Assembly: GCA_963727525.1 (NCBI GenBank)
Contig: CAVSGO010000007.1
Span: forward strand, 1,856,001 to 1,920,000
Length of the DNA: 64,000 bases
Reading direction: 5' to 3'
DNA from: an uncultured bacterium
Lineage (GTDB): Bacteria > Krumholzibacteriota > Krumholzibacteriia > LZORAL124-64-63
Part shown: piece after piece, positions 38,684 to 48,403 of the stretch
How positions within the stretch are numbered: the first letter of the stretch is position 1
How the letters are laid out: each line of letters starts with the position of its first letter
Position numbers and translations under genes: made by a program
Notes under the pieces: model-generated
What the model was told of the DNA's origin: nothing
The model's input: the letters and a program-made list of their open reading frames with translations, nothing else
Databases searched by the model: none

Positions 38684-40343
38684 TCTTGACGAGCACGCTC
38701 TGACGTCCCGTGAGGGCCGGGATGGGGTTCCAGGCGGCGAAGCCGCCGCGGGCGTTCACGACGACGCCCGCGAGGGGCCGCCCCGTGACCAGGTCGCTCG
38801 CGGTGTAGGCCCCAGGCTCCAGACGCGACGAGTCGAGCGCGAGGTTCGGCGGGCTCGTGATGCCGGCCGCCAGATTGTGCACCACGACCACGCTCTCGTC
38901 GGGCAGGTAGCGCAGGTACGCATAGGTACTGGCCTGGCTTGCCGCCACGTCCTCGTAGGTGCCACGCCGTAGGGCCGCCGACATCGTGCGAACCTGCACG
39001 AGACGACGGTAGGCGTTCCAAAGCGAGGTCGAGTCGGCCGCCATCAAGGCCACGTTGTTCGTGGCCACGTTGCTGCCCAGCGGCTCCCACGGCGTTCCCG
39101 CGGTGAAACCGCCGGTGACGGGGTCATCCGTCCACTGCATCGGCCGGCGCTTCGTCTCATCGGCGCCGTCGCCGAGCATGCCCACCTCCTCTCCGTAGTA
39201 CAGATATGGCACCCCAGGCAACGTGAGAAGCATGGCCGCGGCCAGGCGGTTCCGCTCCCCATCACGGCCGAGCTGGTCGGCCAGACGCACCATGTCGTGG
39301 TTCGCGAGGAAGCTCGCCCATTGCACGTAGGGGAAGCGGTCGACGAGATCCACGACCGTGGCGCGCAGATGCGACGGGTTGCCGCTGACTGCCGCGCCCA
39401 CGATGGCGCTCGCCAGGTCGAAGGCGAAGCAGGTCGTGACTCCGGCCTGCGTGTACCGCAGCACGATGTCGTTCGCAGCCCAGGCCTCGCCCACCAGGTA
39501 CGCGTCGGACCGGGTCGCGACGACTCGGTCATGGAAGTCGCCCCAGAAGGCGAAAGTGGCCGGCACATCCTGCAGCGTGCCGCCGTCCTCCTGGATGTAG
39601 CGCACAGCATCCAGGCGGAAGCCGTCGGCATCCATGCTGTCGAGCCAGAAATCGGCGACGTCGAACATCGTGTCGACCACCGCGGGATTGCCGTAGTTCA
39701 GGTCCGGCATGCCGCTCCAGAACAAGCCGTAGTAGTAACGACCGTTGGTGTCGAGATGCCACACGTGATCCGCGCCCCAGGGCTGTGTGGTGCCCGGATC
39801 GGTGGTGTTCCAGCGGTAGAACGTGTCGCTGGTCGGCGACCAGGGGCCGCTGGCGGCCTCGCTGGCGAACCACGGATGCTGGTCGCTGGTGTGATTCATC
39901 ACGAGGTCGATGATCACCCGCAGGCCACGCGCATGGGCCGCGGCCATCAGAGACTGGAAGTCGGCATTGGTGCCGTAGTCGGGTTCGACTGTGCGGTAGT
40001 CGGTGGCGTCGTAGCCGTGATAGCTCGCGGCGCTCTGCACCGGCATGAGCCACAGCGCGGTGACGCCGAGATCGGTGGTCGTGGCCGGATCGCCGTCGTT
40101 CAGGTAGTCGAGCTTGTCGATGAGGCCCTGCAGATCGCCGATGCCATCGCTGTTCGCATCGTAGAAGCTGCGCACGAAGACCTCGTAGAAAACCTGATCG
40201 TTCCACCAGGCGGTGGGGCCCGGCTCGCGGCCGCCGCCGCCAACGGGTCCGGTCACGTGGTCGTTGGAGTCGTTGCCGCCACAGCCGGCAAGCAGGACCA
40301 CGGTTCCCAACAGCATGCCAAGCACGAGCCGGAGGCACCGCAT
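38667..40343 (-). CDS. GH13 alpha-amylase family lipoprotein
   Basis: LAGC lipobox, VFYEVFVRSFYD.N.DGIGD, YHGYD, DLVMNH, DGFRLDAV, GEAW, FLANHD. Confidence 0.92.
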   Translation of the reverse strand: MRCLRLVLGMLLGTVVLLAGCGGNDSNDHVTGPVGGGGREPGPTAWWNDQVFYEVFVRSFYDANSDGIGDLQGLIDKLDYLNDGDPATTTDLGVTALWLMPVQSAASYHGYDATDYRTVEPDYGTNADFQSLMAAAHARGLRVIIDLVMNHTSDQHPWFASEAASGPWSPTSDTFYRWNTTDPGTTQPWGADHVWHLDTNGRYYYGLFWSGMPDLNYGNPAVVDTMFDVADFWLDSMDADGFRLDAVRYIQEDGGTLQDVPATFAFWGDFHDRVVATRSDAYLVGEAWAANDIVLRYTQAGVTTCFAFDLASAIVGAAVSGNPSHLRATVVDLVDRFPYVQWASFLANHDMVRLADQLGRDGERNRLAAAMLLTLPGVPYLYYGEEVGMLGDGADETKRRPMQWTDDPVTGGFTAGTPWEPLGSNVATNNVALMAADSTSLWNAYRRLVQVRTMSAALRRGTYEDVAASQASTYAYLRYLPDESVVVVHNLAAGITSPPNLALDSSRLEPGAYTASDLVTGRPLAGVVVNARGGFAAWNPIPALTGRQSVLVKITPVP

Positions 40344-40360
40344 GGGAATCCTCTCGTCCG

Positions 40361-40963
40361 TCACGTGGTCAGCGACTCGATCTTCGCGGCGAGAGCCGCG
40401 CGTCCCTCGAACGTATCGATGTCGGCCGTGAACGTGGAATCGAGCCGTTGCACCTCGGCCAGGCTCTCGGCGAACTGGCCGAGAGCGTAGTAGGAGACCG
40501 CGCGCAGCACGATCATATCTTGATAGTTGATCGCGGCGTCATGACCGAACGACCAGTCCGTGGCCACGGCGTCGGTGGCGGCGAGGGCGTCGGCCGGGTG
40601 GCCCAGTGCGTCGTGCACGATGGCCAGACCGGCCTGCACCTCGTCGTCGAGGTTGGTGACCTCCGAGCCGGCCTCCACGGCCGCCTGGAAGTGCACGAGG
40701 GCCGAATCGGGCGCGCTGGTGTAGGCGAAGACCCAGCCCAGAGCGTCATGCGCCTCCACCAGCAGGGCGCCGCGGCTCAAGAGAATGCGGAACTTGCCGG
40801 TGGCGGTCGTGTAGTCGGCGGCACCGAAAGCGGTCCAGCCGCTGGACAGCACCTCCTGGTCCGTGGGGCCCGGTGGCGGATTCGTGCCGCCGTTGTCGCC
40901 ACCGCACGCGGCCAGCACCGCCAGGCAGGCGCTCAGCACCAGAAAGGGCACACGCGTCCGCAT
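40361..40963 (-). CDS. TPR-like lipoprotein
   Basis: LAAC lipobox; helical repeats GWTAF..A..F, AHDALGW, A.SYYALG. Confidence 0.7.
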   Translation of the reverse strand: MRTRVPFLVLSACLAVLAACGGDNGGTNPPPGPTDQEVLSSGWTAFGAADYTTATGKFRILLSRGALLVEAHDALGWVFAYTSAPDSALVHFQAAVEAGSEVTNLDDEVQAGLAIVHDALGHPADALAATDAVATDWSFGHDAAINYQDMIVLRAVSYYALGQFAESLAEVQRLDSTFTADIDTFEGRAALAAKIESLTT

Positions 40964-40973
40964 CGCCGACCTC

Positions 40974-43900
40974 CTATTTCAGCATGAGCATCCGGCCGAC
41001 GTAGGCGCGGTCCGGGGTTTCCAGACGATAGAGATACACGCCCGATGCGGCCTGCTGGCCGGTGGCGTCGCGACCATCCCATTCCTGCTCCTGCGGCCCC
41101 GGCGCGAGCACACCCGTCTCCAACGTGCGCACGAGGCGCCCCCCGATGTCGAAGACCTGCAACGTCACGGGATGGGCGGCGTCGGCCACGCCGAGATCGA
41201 AACGGATGACGGTGCTCGGATTGAACGGATTGGGATAGTTTCCTGCCAGGCGCGTGGTGCTCGGGACCTGCGTGCCGGATGCCAGGCGGAAGGCACCGAG
41301 ATGATCGGTGGCCGCGAGCACCCAGCCGTCGTCGCTGCAGGAGGGCAACGTGACCCAGGTACCGCCGTCGAGACGTTGCACCACGAGCGACTTGCTGTCG
41401 CCCCGCAGGCGTACGAGCGCAGGTGATTGTAGACTCACACCGGCCGGGCCGAAGGCATACGTTCCCGCCGGCAGATCGGGACGGCCCGAGGCGTCGAAAA
41501 CCGCGAGGTAGCCGCCACCCGTCACTGCGCCACCGGGCAGATCGAGCCGGGCGGCGCCATCCGCGGCGGCGACCGACGTGGGTTCATCGCCGAGTGCGCC
41601 CACCACGAAACGGCGCGTGACCACGTTGAATTCCGTGGTGAGCACCGCCGTCAGGTCCCCGCTCCCGCTCAGCACGTACGACCCGAACCAACTCCCGCCA
41701 CCCTGGTCGGTCAGTTCCACCGGCTCGTCGTCGATCGTGAGCGAGACCGTACCCACGGCCGCGGCCGCGTTCACGGCCAGGTGCAGGTAGCGATCGAGGG
41801 TGGGATTCTGGAAGATGGCGAGTTGCAGGTCCGGCTCCGCCATCTCGGCCAGCACCGTGGTGGCGTAGCCCGGCACGTCGAGGTGGCTGGGCAGACTTGC
41901 CGGACTGACCACGTAGGCGGGGCCCGTCGCCACGGGCGTGGTGCCCGCCTCGTCATCGTCGACGACCACCATCCAGTGGCCGGCCGGCACCAGCACCGAT
42001 GACGGCGATGCGTTCGGATTGTGGATCACCACGAGGTCGCCCCACGTGTCTTGCGGGGTGATGTCATCGAGCCGGTAGGCGACGACGCCGGCGGGGATGC
42101 CGGCCGTGAGCACGTGCTGGTGCGCCAGGATCTCCTCTTTCGAGGCCAGACGCAGTTCCGGCCGCGCCTTGCGCAGGGCAATGAGCCCCTTGGTGTACTC
42201 GTTCACGTCCAGATGCTCGCTCAGGCGCTGCCAGTCGAGCATGTTCACGTCGTCGCCCGCATTGTCACTGTTGCGGATCGACTCCTCCGTCTGATCCGGA
42301 TCGCCGGTGCGCTTGGTGCGCAGGAACTCGCTGCCCGCGTGCAGGAACGGGATGCCCTGCGAGAGCAGCACCATCGACTCGCCGAACTCGTCAATCTGCG
42401 TGAGCACGCCCGGCGCGAGGTGCGGCGGCGGTGTGCTGTTGGGGTTCCAGCGATGGTCGAGCTTGTCCCACCAGGTGTAGTTGTCGTGCGCCGAGATGGC
42501 GTTGATGGTCTCGGTGGGGCCATCGGTGAAGTCGTTGATGGCCCCGTCGATGCCGCGCAGCACGTCCTGCCGCAGGGACGTGACACCCATGGCGAAACCG
42601 CCATCGATACCGTCGGTGGAGCCGCGGATTGCGTTGCGGATGTTGTCGTTGAAGCAGCCGAATCCCAGCCCGCGCTGGTCGCCCTTGCCGGTGAGCGGCG
42701 TGGTGCCAAAGCCGCCCCACGGCTCGCCGTAGATGAGGGCGTACGGATTGATCGCTCTGATCTCCTGCGTGATCTCGGTCATGAGCGGCGTATCGATGAG
42801 TCCCATGAGATCGAAGCGGAAGCCGTCGATGTGGTACTCCTGCGCCCAGTACCTGCAGCTCTGCAGGATGAAGTTGCGCACCATCGGCTTCTCGGTGGCG
42901 ATCTCGTTGCCCACGCCGGAACCGTTGCTGTAGCTGCCATCGTCGTTGAGGCGGTAGTAGTATCGGGGCACCATGGCGTCGAAGAGCGAGCCGGCATACC
43001 CGGTGGCACTCGTGTGATTGTAGACCACGTCCATGATCACCTTGAAGCCGGCCGCATGGAAGCCCTGGATCATCGCCTTCATCTCGCGGATACGCACCCG
43101 GCCATCGTCGGGATCGCTGCTGTAGCTGCCCTCGGGCACGTTGTAGGCGTAGGGATCGTAACCCCAGTTGCGCGACTGGGGATCGTTCTCGTCGACGCTG
43201 GCGAAGTCGAATATGGGCATGATCTGCACCGTATTCACGCCCAGGGAGCGCAGGTGGTCGAAGCCGGTCTCCACGCCATCGTAGGATGTGCCATGCTCCA
43301 CCACGCCAAGGAATCGGTTGCGGTTCGCCTCGGTGCCGTTCCAGCTCGGCGCGCACGTCATGTCGCGCACGTGCAACTCGTAGATGATGGCATCGGCTGG
43401 GGCGATCGGCGCGTACGTATCCGACGCCCATCCCGGCGGATCGGTGTCGGCGAGGTCGATGATCATGCTGCGCTGACTGTTCGACGAGAGGGCGATCGAG
43501 TAGGGATCAGGCGTGAGATACGTCTGCCCATACACCGTCATCTCGTAGAGATAGTAGCGATTGCGCTGGTCGCCCGGCACCGTGACGCTCATGAGGCCGG
43601 TCTGATCGGGACGCGTGAGCGTGGCCACGTCGTCCGGTTCGCCGCTCACCGGGTAGGGATTGTCGTAGATGTGTACCTTCGCCGCGGTGGCCACCGGACT
43701 CCACAGCTTGAAGGTGGTGGACACGGGCGAGTAGGCAGCGCCCAGATCGTCGCCTTCGTAGACGTAGGTGTTTTCGTCAAAGATGTGCAGCACATCCACC
43801 GTATTCCCGCCCACGTCGTCGCTCACGGCGTAAGCACTGGTGACGTCGATGCGTGCGTTCAGGTTGAGCAGCACGGTGCGCGGGAAGGGACTGTTGCGCC

Positions 43901-44438
43901 CGGCGACCCCCTCCTCCACGCCGTCCTTGAAGACGTGGAAGGCGTCGAGTTGCGATGCGTCCTGCGAGAGAGTGAGCGTGATGGTGTTGGCGCCGTTGCT
44001 CTCCGCGGACACGAGGCGCACATCGGGATTCGGCTCGGCGGTGAAAATCTGCGTGATGCCCGAGAGGATCCAGATTTCCGGGTGCGCGTCGTAATCGCCC
44101 CAGGACATGTCGGGACCGGGATCCTGGTTGTCGCCGTTGTGGATGATGAAACCCAGTTCCCGATCGGGGTAAGCGATGGGCACCGCCCAGGAGGCCCCGA
44201 AGTCGTCGGTCTCCGTGGGCGGCAGGGGCGTGGACCAGTCGTACTGACTCCCGTTCACGATGAAGAGTCCGCCCGGCGACGATTCCACCGCATTCCACAG
44301 ATGGATTCCCCACCCGTCGTACACACCATCTTCGCGGTGGTAGTGGATGGTGAGTGTCACGTCGGGCTGCGCCACGGCCGGCAGGGCGATGGCGATCGCG
44401 AGCGTGAGCGGGAGAAATAGGGGCAGACATCGCGTCAT
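40974..44438 (-). CDS. pulA: type I pullulanase (GH13) with N-terminal CBM-like domain and FlgD-like tail
   Basis: IHYHR.DG.Y.GW.IHLW, IIYELHVRD, NWGYDP, MDVVYNHT, DGFRFDLMG, YGEPW, SAHDN; PNPFNP tail. Confidence 0.92.
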   Translation of the reverse strand: MTRCLPLFLPLTLAIAIALPAVAQPDVTLTIHYHREDGVYDGWGIHLWNAVESSPGGLFIVNGSQYDWSTPLPPTETDDFGASWAVPIAYPDRELGFIIHNGDNQDPGPDMSWGDYDAHPEIWILSGITQIFTAEPNPDVRLVSAESNGANTITLTLSQDASQLDAFHVFKDGVEEGVAGRNSPFPRTVLLNLNARIDVTSAYAVSDDVGGNTVDVLHIFDENTYVYEGDDLGAAYSPVSTTFKLWSPVATAAKVHIYDNPYPVSGEPDDVATLTRPDQTGLMSVTVPGDQRNRYYLYEMTVYGQTYLTPDPYSIALSSNSQRSMIIDLADTDPPGWASDTYAPIAPADAIIYELHVRDMTCAPSWNGTEANRNRFLGVVEHGTSYDGVETGFDHLRSLGVNTVQIMPIFDFASVDENDPQSRNWGYDPYAYNVPEGSYSSDPDDGRVRIREMKAMIQGFHAAGFKVIMDVVYNHTSATGYAGSLFDAMVPRYYYRLNDDGSYSNGSGVGNEIATEKPMVRNFILQSCRYWAQEYHIDGFRFDLMGLIDTPLMTEITQEIRAINPYALIYGEPWGGFGTTPLTGKGDQRGLGFGCFNDNIRNAIRGSTDGIDGGFAMGVTSLRQDVLRGIDGAINDFTDGPTETINAISAHDNYTWWDKLDHRWNPNSTPPPHLAPGVLTQIDEFGESMVLLSQGIPFLHAGSEFLRTKRTGDPDQTEESIRNSDNAGDDVNMLDWQRLSEHLDVNEYTKGLIALRKARPELRLASKEEILAHQHVLTAGIPAGVVAYRLDDITPQDTWGDLVVIHNPNASPSSVLVPAGHWMVVVDDDEAGTTPVATGPAYVVSPASLPSHLDVPGYATTVLAEMAEPDLQLAIFQNPTLDRYLHLAVNAAAAVGTVSLTIDDEPVELTDQGGGSWFGSYVLSGSGDLTAVLTTEFNVVTRRFVVGALGDEPTSVAAADGAARLDLPGGAVTGGGYLAVFDASGRPDLPAGTYAFGPAGVSLQSPALVRLRGDSKSLVVQRLDGGTWVTLPSCSDDGWVLAATDHLGAFRLASGTQVPSTTRLAGNYPNPFNPSTVIRFDLGVADAAHPVTLQVFDIGGRLVRTLETGVLAPGPQEQEWDGRDATGQQAASGVYLYRLETPDRAYVGRMLMLK

Positions 44439-44587
44439 GGCGGTCCTCCAGCGGAAGGGCGACGACCGCAAAGCCGGGCGCGCCGGCCAGGACAGGTGTA
44501 GCCGGGAGTGTAAGTCAAAGGCCCGGGGATGGAAAGGGCGGGCCTCCGGGCGCCGGACCGGTTCGTCATCAGGCCGATATCGCCCAG

Positions 44588-44622
44588 AAAAAACCGCCCC
44601 CCGATCAAGGATCGGAGGGCGG
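44588..44622 (-). terminator. intrinsic terminator after porB
   Basis: GC-rich hairpin followed by TTTTTT on the minus strand. Confidence 0.75.
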
Positions 44623-44648
44623 CCGCGCACGAGGATATGGAGGTATCG

Positions 44649-45599
44649 CTAGCTGTTCGTCGCTTCCTCGAGCCTTAGCAGATTGGCCCACTGCTGATCG
44701 ATGTATTCCTGGGACCGAGTCAGGATGCCCTCATTGCCTGGTTTGAACAGGTGCTTGAACCGCCCCTGCTGCTTCATCCAGGCCGCGATCGGCGCGCGGT
44801 CCTTGGGCTTGTAGTTGATGGTGTACTTGCCGTTCTCTACCTCGAAGAGTGGCCAGAAATTCGACTCCACCGCTTCCTTGGAGAGCTGGGCGCCGAGGGC
44901 CGAGTCGAAGTGCCAGCCCACGGTGCACGGCATGAGGATGTTCAGGAACGCCGGACCGTCGCAGTTCAGCGCTTTCTCCACCTTGGTGGCCAGGTCCTTC
45001 CAGTGGAAGGGTGTGGTCTGGGCCACGTACGGGATGTTGTGCGCGACCATGATCTTCGTCAGATCCTTGCGATTCTGTTCCTTGCCCTGCTTCACGGTCC
45101 CGGCCGGTGCCGTCGAGGTGTGGGCACCCAGGGGCGTCGCACTCGATCGCTGGATGCCGGTGTTCATGTACGCCTCGTTGTCGTAGCAGACGTACACCAT
45201 GTTGTGCCCGCGCTCCATCGCACCGGAGAGCGACTGCAGGCCGATGTCGTACGTGCCGCCGTCGCCGCCGAAGGCGATGAAGTTCATGTGTTCGGCCTTG
45301 GCCGCCGCCGGCGGCAGTTCGCCGTGCTTCTTGAGCGAGCGATACGCAGTCTCCACGCCGCTGACGGTGGCGGCGCAGTTCTCGAATGCGCTGTGGATGA
45401 AGGACGTCTTCCACGCGGTGTATGGAAAGATGGTGGTGACCACTTCCATGCACCCCGTGGCGCCGCCCATGACCGTGTTGGCGCCCGCGGTCAGCATGAC
45501 CTGGCGCAGGATATTCGAACCCATGCACCCGGCGCACGCCCGGTGGCCTCCGGTCAGGAGGTCCTCGTTCTGCACGAGCTGCTTGAGATTGACAGCCAT
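44649..45599 (-). CDS. porB: pyruvate:ferredoxin oxidoreductase beta subunit
   Basis: GHRACAGC, ATGC, GGDGGTYDIG, DNEAYMNTGIQRS TPP motifs. Confidence 0.93.
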   Translation of the reverse strand: MAVNLKQLVQNEDLLTGGHRACAGCMGSNILRQVMLTAGANTVMGGATGCMEVVTTIFPYTAWKTSFIHSAFENCAATVSGVETAYRSLKKHGELPPAAAKAEHMNFIAFGGDGGTYDIGLQSLSGAMERGHNMVYVCYDNEAYMNTGIQRSSATPLGAHTSTAPAGTVKQGKEQNRKDLTKIMVAHNIPYVAQTTPFHWKDLATKVEKALNCDGPAFLNILMPCTVGWHFDSALGAQLSKEAVESNFWPLFEVENGKYTINYKPKDRAPIAAWMKQQGRFKHLFKPGNEGILTRSQEYIDQQWANLLRLEEATNS

Positions 45600-45612
45600 C
45601 GGAGCCTCCTCC

Positions 45613-46806
45613 CTACGCCCGGCAGCCGAGCAGGTTGAGGGTGGGCAGTTCCTTGCCTGCGGCGATCTTCCGCAGCGACTCGATCACCTCGGCCGCGTGG
45701 CCGAGTTCGAAGTCGCGGCCGCCGAGGCCGTAGAGCCAGTTGTGTACCGGCGCAGGATTTTTCTCCCCGTAGAGCGCCGAGCGGATCTCGGTGAACACCG
45801 GACCGCCCCAGCCGCCGAAGCTGGCCGAGCGGTCGAGCACCGCGATCGCCTTGCGCCCCGCGAGCACCGGCTTGAGCATCTCGGCCGGGAACGGGCGGAA
45901 CATGCGCAGCTTGAGCATGCCCACCTTGATTCCCTTGGCGCGGTACTCGTCGATGACATCCTTCGCGGTGCCGGCGCTCGAGCCGAGAACGACCATGACC
46001 ATGTCCGCATCGTCCAGGCAGTACTCTTCCCAGAACGAGTAACGACGTCCACTGAGGGCGGCGTACTCGTCGAAGACCTCGCGGGCCACGTCGAACACGC
46101 GCGGATAGGCCTCGAGCTGGCTCCACTTGTGCTCGAAGTAATAGTCGGTAAGGTCCAGCGGTCCCACCGTGATGGGGCTGGCCGGATCAAGCAGCGTGTA
46201 CTTCGCCTTGTACGGGCCGATGAAATCGTAGGCCGCGTCGTCGGGTAGCATGTAGAGTGCGTCTTCCTTGTGGCTGATGATGAAACCGTCGTAGTTCGTC
46301 ATCGCCGGCAGGCGCACATCCATGTGCTCGCCAATACGGAAGTTGATCAGCGCCGTGTCGTAGGCCTCCTGGGCATTCTCGCAGAAGTGGTGGATCCACC
46401 CCGCGTCGCGGCCGCCCATGGAGTCGCTGTGGTCACAGTGGATGTTGATGTTGCCCGACAGCGCGCGGTTCACCAGCGCCATCTGGATGGGCAAGCGCAG
46501 CGACGCGGCGATGTAGACAACCTCCCACATCAGCGCGAAGCCGGCCGAGCTCGTGGCCGTGATCGTGCGCGCGCCGGCGGCGGCGCTCCCCACGGCGGCG
46601 CTCATCGCCGAGTGCTCACTCTCCACCAGGATCATCTCGGTGTTCGCTTCGCCGTTGGCGACGAACTCCGCGAACTTGTGCATCATCTCGGTCTGCGGCG
46701 TGATCGGGAAGGCCGAGGCCACGTGTGGCTTCGCCTGCTTGAAGGCGTAGGCCACCGCCTCGTTTCCCGATAGCGCCGTGAGTTTCTGTTCGATGGTCTT
46801 CATCAT
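45613..46806 (-). CDS. porA: pyruvate:ferredoxin oxidoreductase alpha subunit
   Basis: GNEAVA, FPITPQT, ESEHSA, VNRAL..NIHCDHSD, GLGGRD. Confidence 0.93.
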   Translation of the reverse strand: MMKTIEQKLTALSGNEAVAYAFKQAKPHVASAFPITPQTEMMHKFAEFVANGEANTEMILVESEHSAMSAAVGSAAAGARTITATSSAGFALMWEVVYIAASLRLPIQMALVNRALSGNINIHCDHSDSMGGRDAGWIHHFCENAQEAYDTALINFRIGEHMDVRLPAMTNYDGFIISHKEDALYMLPDDAAYDFIGPYKAKYTLLDPASPITVGPLDLTDYYFEHKWSQLEAYPRVFDVAREVFDEYAALSGRRYSFWEEYCLDDADMVMVVLGSSAGTAKDVIDEYRAKGIKVGMLKLRMFRPFPAEMLKPVLAGRKAIAVLDRSASFGGWGGPVFTEIRSALYGEKNPAPVHNWLYGLGGRDFELGHAAEVIESLRKIAAGKELPTLNLLGCRA

Positions 46807-46817
46807 CGGCGCCTCCC

Positions 46818-47126
46818 CTACTTCTCTTCCCGCACCATGACGAGCGCGGCCCTGCCCTTGCGGGCCGGCGGACACTCGTTGGCGCAAATACCACAGCCCT
46901 TGCAGTGATCCAGATCGATGCCCTTCATCTGCGGCTTCTCGCCGGAGGTATCGACCACGATGGCCGAGTCGGGACAGTAGATCCAGCAGAACAGGCAGTG
47001 AATGCAATTGTCCAGGTAGAACTCTGGCACGTAGGTGCGCCAGTCTCCTGTCTTGAAGGACTCGGCGTTGCCGGGTTCGGTGATGATCCCGGCGTCGGTC
47101 AAGTCCTGGGCGCGTTTCAGGCTCAT
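46818..47126 (-). CDS. porD: pyruvate:ferredoxin oxidoreductase delta subunit (2x4Fe-4S)
   Basis: TGDWR, CIHCLFCWIYCP, CKGCGICANECP. Confidence 0.92.
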   Translation of the reverse strand: MSLKRAQDLTDAGIITEPGNAESFKTGDWRTYVPEFYLDNCIHCLFCWIYCPDSAIVVDTSGEKPQMKGIDLDHCKGCGICANECPPARKGRAALVMVREEK

Positions 47127-47704
47127 TCCGTCACCAGCTCCTTGTAGGCCCGCTCGACGGCGAGCAGGTTCCCCTGGACGACCGCATTGGAGAACTTGCT
47201 GCTGAACCGCGTGTTCAGCGCGTCCTTCAGCTCGTCGAGGGTCATGAATTCGCGCACGGCTAGGAGCGCGCCGGTCATCGGCATGTTCGGAATCGACTTG
47301 CCGAAGCAGTCCAGTGCGATCTTCGTCGCGTCGACGGTGTACACCTTCGCCCCGGCAACCCCCAGCTTGGCCTTGATCGCAGCCGGGCTCAGCGTGGTGT
47401 TGATGAGGAACACGGTATTGGCATCGGTCCCGGCGGTGACGCCGGCGGCCGGCGAATCCAGCAACGAGGGATCGAGCACGATCACGACCTGCGGATGTTC
47501 GATCCCGCAGTGACGACGGATCGGTGTCTCGGAAATGCGCGTGTAGCCACGCATCGGTGCCCCGCGGCGCTCGGGCCCGTACTCGGGGAATCCCTGACCA
47601 TACTTGCCCTTGGTGAGCACGGCCTGGGCCACGAACATCGCAGCCGTCTTGGCGCCCTGTCCGCCGCGCGCATGCCAGCGAATCTCGACCATCTCAGCAG
47701 CCAT
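47123..47704 (-). CDS. porC: pyruvate:ferredoxin oxidoreductase gamma subunit
   Basis: EIRWHARGGQGAKT, FPEYGPERRGAP, PNM.M.GA. Confidence 0.92.
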   Translation of the reverse strand: MAAEMVEIRWHARGGQGAKTAAMFVAQAVLTKGKYGQGFPEYGPERRGAPMRGYTRISETPIRRHCGIEHPQVVIVLDPSLLDSPAAGVTAGTDANTVFLINTTLSPAAIKAKLGVAGAKVYTVDATKIALDCFGKSIPNMPMTGALLAVREFMTLDELKDALNTRFSSKFSNAVVQGNLLAVERAYKELVTE

Positions 47705-47770
47705 CGCACGAACTCCTTGTGGCTGGGTGGCGCAACCGATGAAAGGCGAAAGAAGTGTCTTCGTCGGTGT

Positions 47771-47786
47771 CGCAAACTTAGTGCCC
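47771..47786 (-). promoter_or_regulatory. putative sigma54 promoter of the por operon
   Basis: GGGCAC-TAAGT-TTGCG (-24/-12 spacing) with an AT-rich tract just upstream. Confidence 0.45.
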
Positions 47787-48007
47787 GAACCGGTGCGAAA
47801 CAAGGTTAACCCTTAATAATAAAAGAGGATATGCGTCGTATATTATTCGACTATTTTGGTCGCGATGAGGGCCTCGAATGGTCAGCTACGGATCCAGTGC
47901 GCCACGGGAGTCGCCAGGAATTGCCGCACGGGAATCCCGTCCCCGCCGACGACCAACCTATCTTCGTCTCGAACGACGTCGCGAACGCCGCGAAACCTGG
48001 AATGACC

Positions 48008-48044
48008 TTGACCCGCCCCCATTATTTGCACATATTGCCAAATA
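48008..48044 (+). promoter_or_regulatory. promoter with overlapping ArsR-type operator
   Basis: TTGACC-17nt-CATATT; inverted repeat TATTTG-N10-CAAATA at 48023-48044. Confidence 0.6.
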
Positions 48045-48079
48045 CGCAATCACGGGAGATCCGCAACCGAGGAGCGGCC

Positions 48080-48403
48080 ATGCCCACGTCTCCAGGTCCC
48101 GGGCTCGAAGCCCGCGCCGAGGTCTTCAAGGCACTCGGACATCCCACGCGCCTGGCCATTGTCGATATGCTGGCAGTCGGTGAGCGGTGCGTATGCGAAA
48201 TCGATGCGCAGATCGACGCCGACATGTCCACGGTGTCGCGACACCTCGCCGTACTGCGCAATGTGGGGATCCTCTCGAGCGAGAAGCGAGGCAACCAGGT
48301 GTTCTACAGGCTCGAGTGTCCATGCATCACGTCGTTCTACGGCTGCGTCGAGAACGTGATCAACGGCAAGGGACGGACGGTCGTCCTGGAAGCTTCGCGG
48401 TGA
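48080..48403 (+). CDS. ArsR/SmtB family transcriptional regulator
   Basis: FKALGHPTRL, ERCVCE, STVSRHL..L..G. Confidence 0.93.
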   Translation: MPTSPGPGLEARAEVFKALGHPTRLAIVDMLAVGERCVCEIDAQIDADMSTVSRHLAVLRNVGILSSEKRGNQVFYRLECPCITSFYGCVENVINGKGRTVVLEASR

